Source: a virus. From it: a stretch of DNA of 64,000 nucleotides. This document shows positions 63,475-64,000 of the stretch, one piece after another (the stretch's first letter is position 1; every line of letters starts with the position of its first letter). Under the pieces are notes generated by a model. The model was given only the letters and a program-made list of their open reading frames with translations, made no database searches and was not told where the DNA came from. The stretch is from the IMG/VR virus record IMGVR_UViG_3300033978_000437, one strand, 5' to 3'. A program made the position numbers and the translations under genes.

Positions 63475-64000
63475 CTACAACCCGCCAAAACTACTAGCGA
63501 TTATAGTGTTAGAGGCTCCGGCAGCTCCAGCAGCTCCGGTAGGTCCAGTGGCTCCGGTAGGTCCAGTGGCTCCGGTTGCTCCAGTAGGTCCAGTGGCTCC
63601 GGTTGCTCCGGCTGTTCCGCTAGCTCCGGATGCACCGGGATCTCCGGTTGGTCCGGGTGGTCCTTGATCTCCAGTAGCTCCGGTTGCTCCGGCTGTTCCG
63701 CTAGCTCCGGATGCACCGGGATCTCCGGTTGGTCCGGGTGGTCCTTGATCTCCAGTAGCTCCGGTTGCTCCGGCTGTTCCGCTAGCTCCGGATGCACCGG
63801 GATCTCCGGTTGGTCCGGGTGGTCCTTGATCTCCAGTAGCTCCGGTTGCTCCGGCTGTTCCGCTAGCTCCAGGTGCACCGGGATCTCCGGTTGGTCCGGG
63901 TGGTCCTTGATCTCCAGTAGCTCCGGTTGCTCCGGCTGTTCCGCTAGCTCCGGATGCACCGGGATCTCCGGTTGGTCCGGGTGGTCCTTGATCTCCAGTA
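63475..64000 (-). CDS. collagen-like (Gly-X-Y) fibre protein, start beyond the window
   Basis: hand translation ...[27 protein letters not shown]...[26 protein letters not shown](63475). Confidence 0.85.
   Translation of the reverse strand, partial: TGDQGPPGPTGDPGASGASGTAGATGATGDQGPPGPTGDPGAPGASGTAGATGATGDQGPPGPTGDPGASGASGTAGATGATGDQGPPGPTGDPGASGASGTAGATGATGDQGPPGPTGDPGASGASGTAGATGATGPTGATGATGPTGATGPTGAAGAAGASNTIIASSFGGL
63596..64000. repeat. 81-bp near-perfect tandem repeat (5 copies in the window)
   Basis: TCCTTGATC recurs at 63661, 63742, 63823, 63904 and 63985; encodes 9 Gly-X-Y triplets per unit. Confidence 0.92.

Noticed and set aside
63446-63959. ORFs 63446..63667 (+) and 63501..63959 (-, PEQPE repeats)
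   Set aside because: Antisense and shifted-frame shadows of the Gly-X-Y collagen-like gene.
1-64000. tRNA, tmRNA or rRNA genes
   Set aside because: No T-arm GTTCRANYC in a cloverleaf context and no rRNA or tmRNA signature was found by eye.
1-64000. Stop-codon reassignment (suggested by the TGG richness of the array)
   Set aside because: Long conserved genes are intact under code 11, and TAA, TAG and TGA all terminate genes.

Overview
64 kb slice of a large tailed dsDNA phage genome. It has a terminase large subunit, tail-collar and collagen-like fibre genes and a full replication/recombination set, and no cellular housekeeping genes. Almost all genes are on the minus strand. Layout from the left: (1-22.1 kb) replication/recombination operon with DEDDh exonuclease, RecA-like, acidic SSB-like, dTMP kinase, UDG-PolA fusion, primase, DnaB, SF2 helicase and SbcC/SbcD. 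Embedded in it are an orphan Cas7/RAMP-like gene, an IS110-like gene and a hairpin-rich intergenic segment. (22.5-39.9 kb) many small genes, including an RNAP alpha-CTD mimic, RHH paralogs and a C5 DNA methyltransferase with an overlapping alternate-frame gene. (40-52 kb) TerL, a second primase-like protein and an AAA+/DUF2997/DUF1257-like module. (52-57.5 kb) CsrA homolog and repeated structured intergenic elements. (58-64 kb) glycosyltransferases and tail-fibre genes. The most striking element is at 29.8-33.3 kb: an Sm/LSm-fold gene followed by 17 tandem, translationally coupled 50-71 aa Trp/Ser-rich micro-ORFs, most starting M-I-R-K/R. No tRNA, rRNA or CRISPR array was found. All family assignments come from motif recognition by eye, not from database searches.
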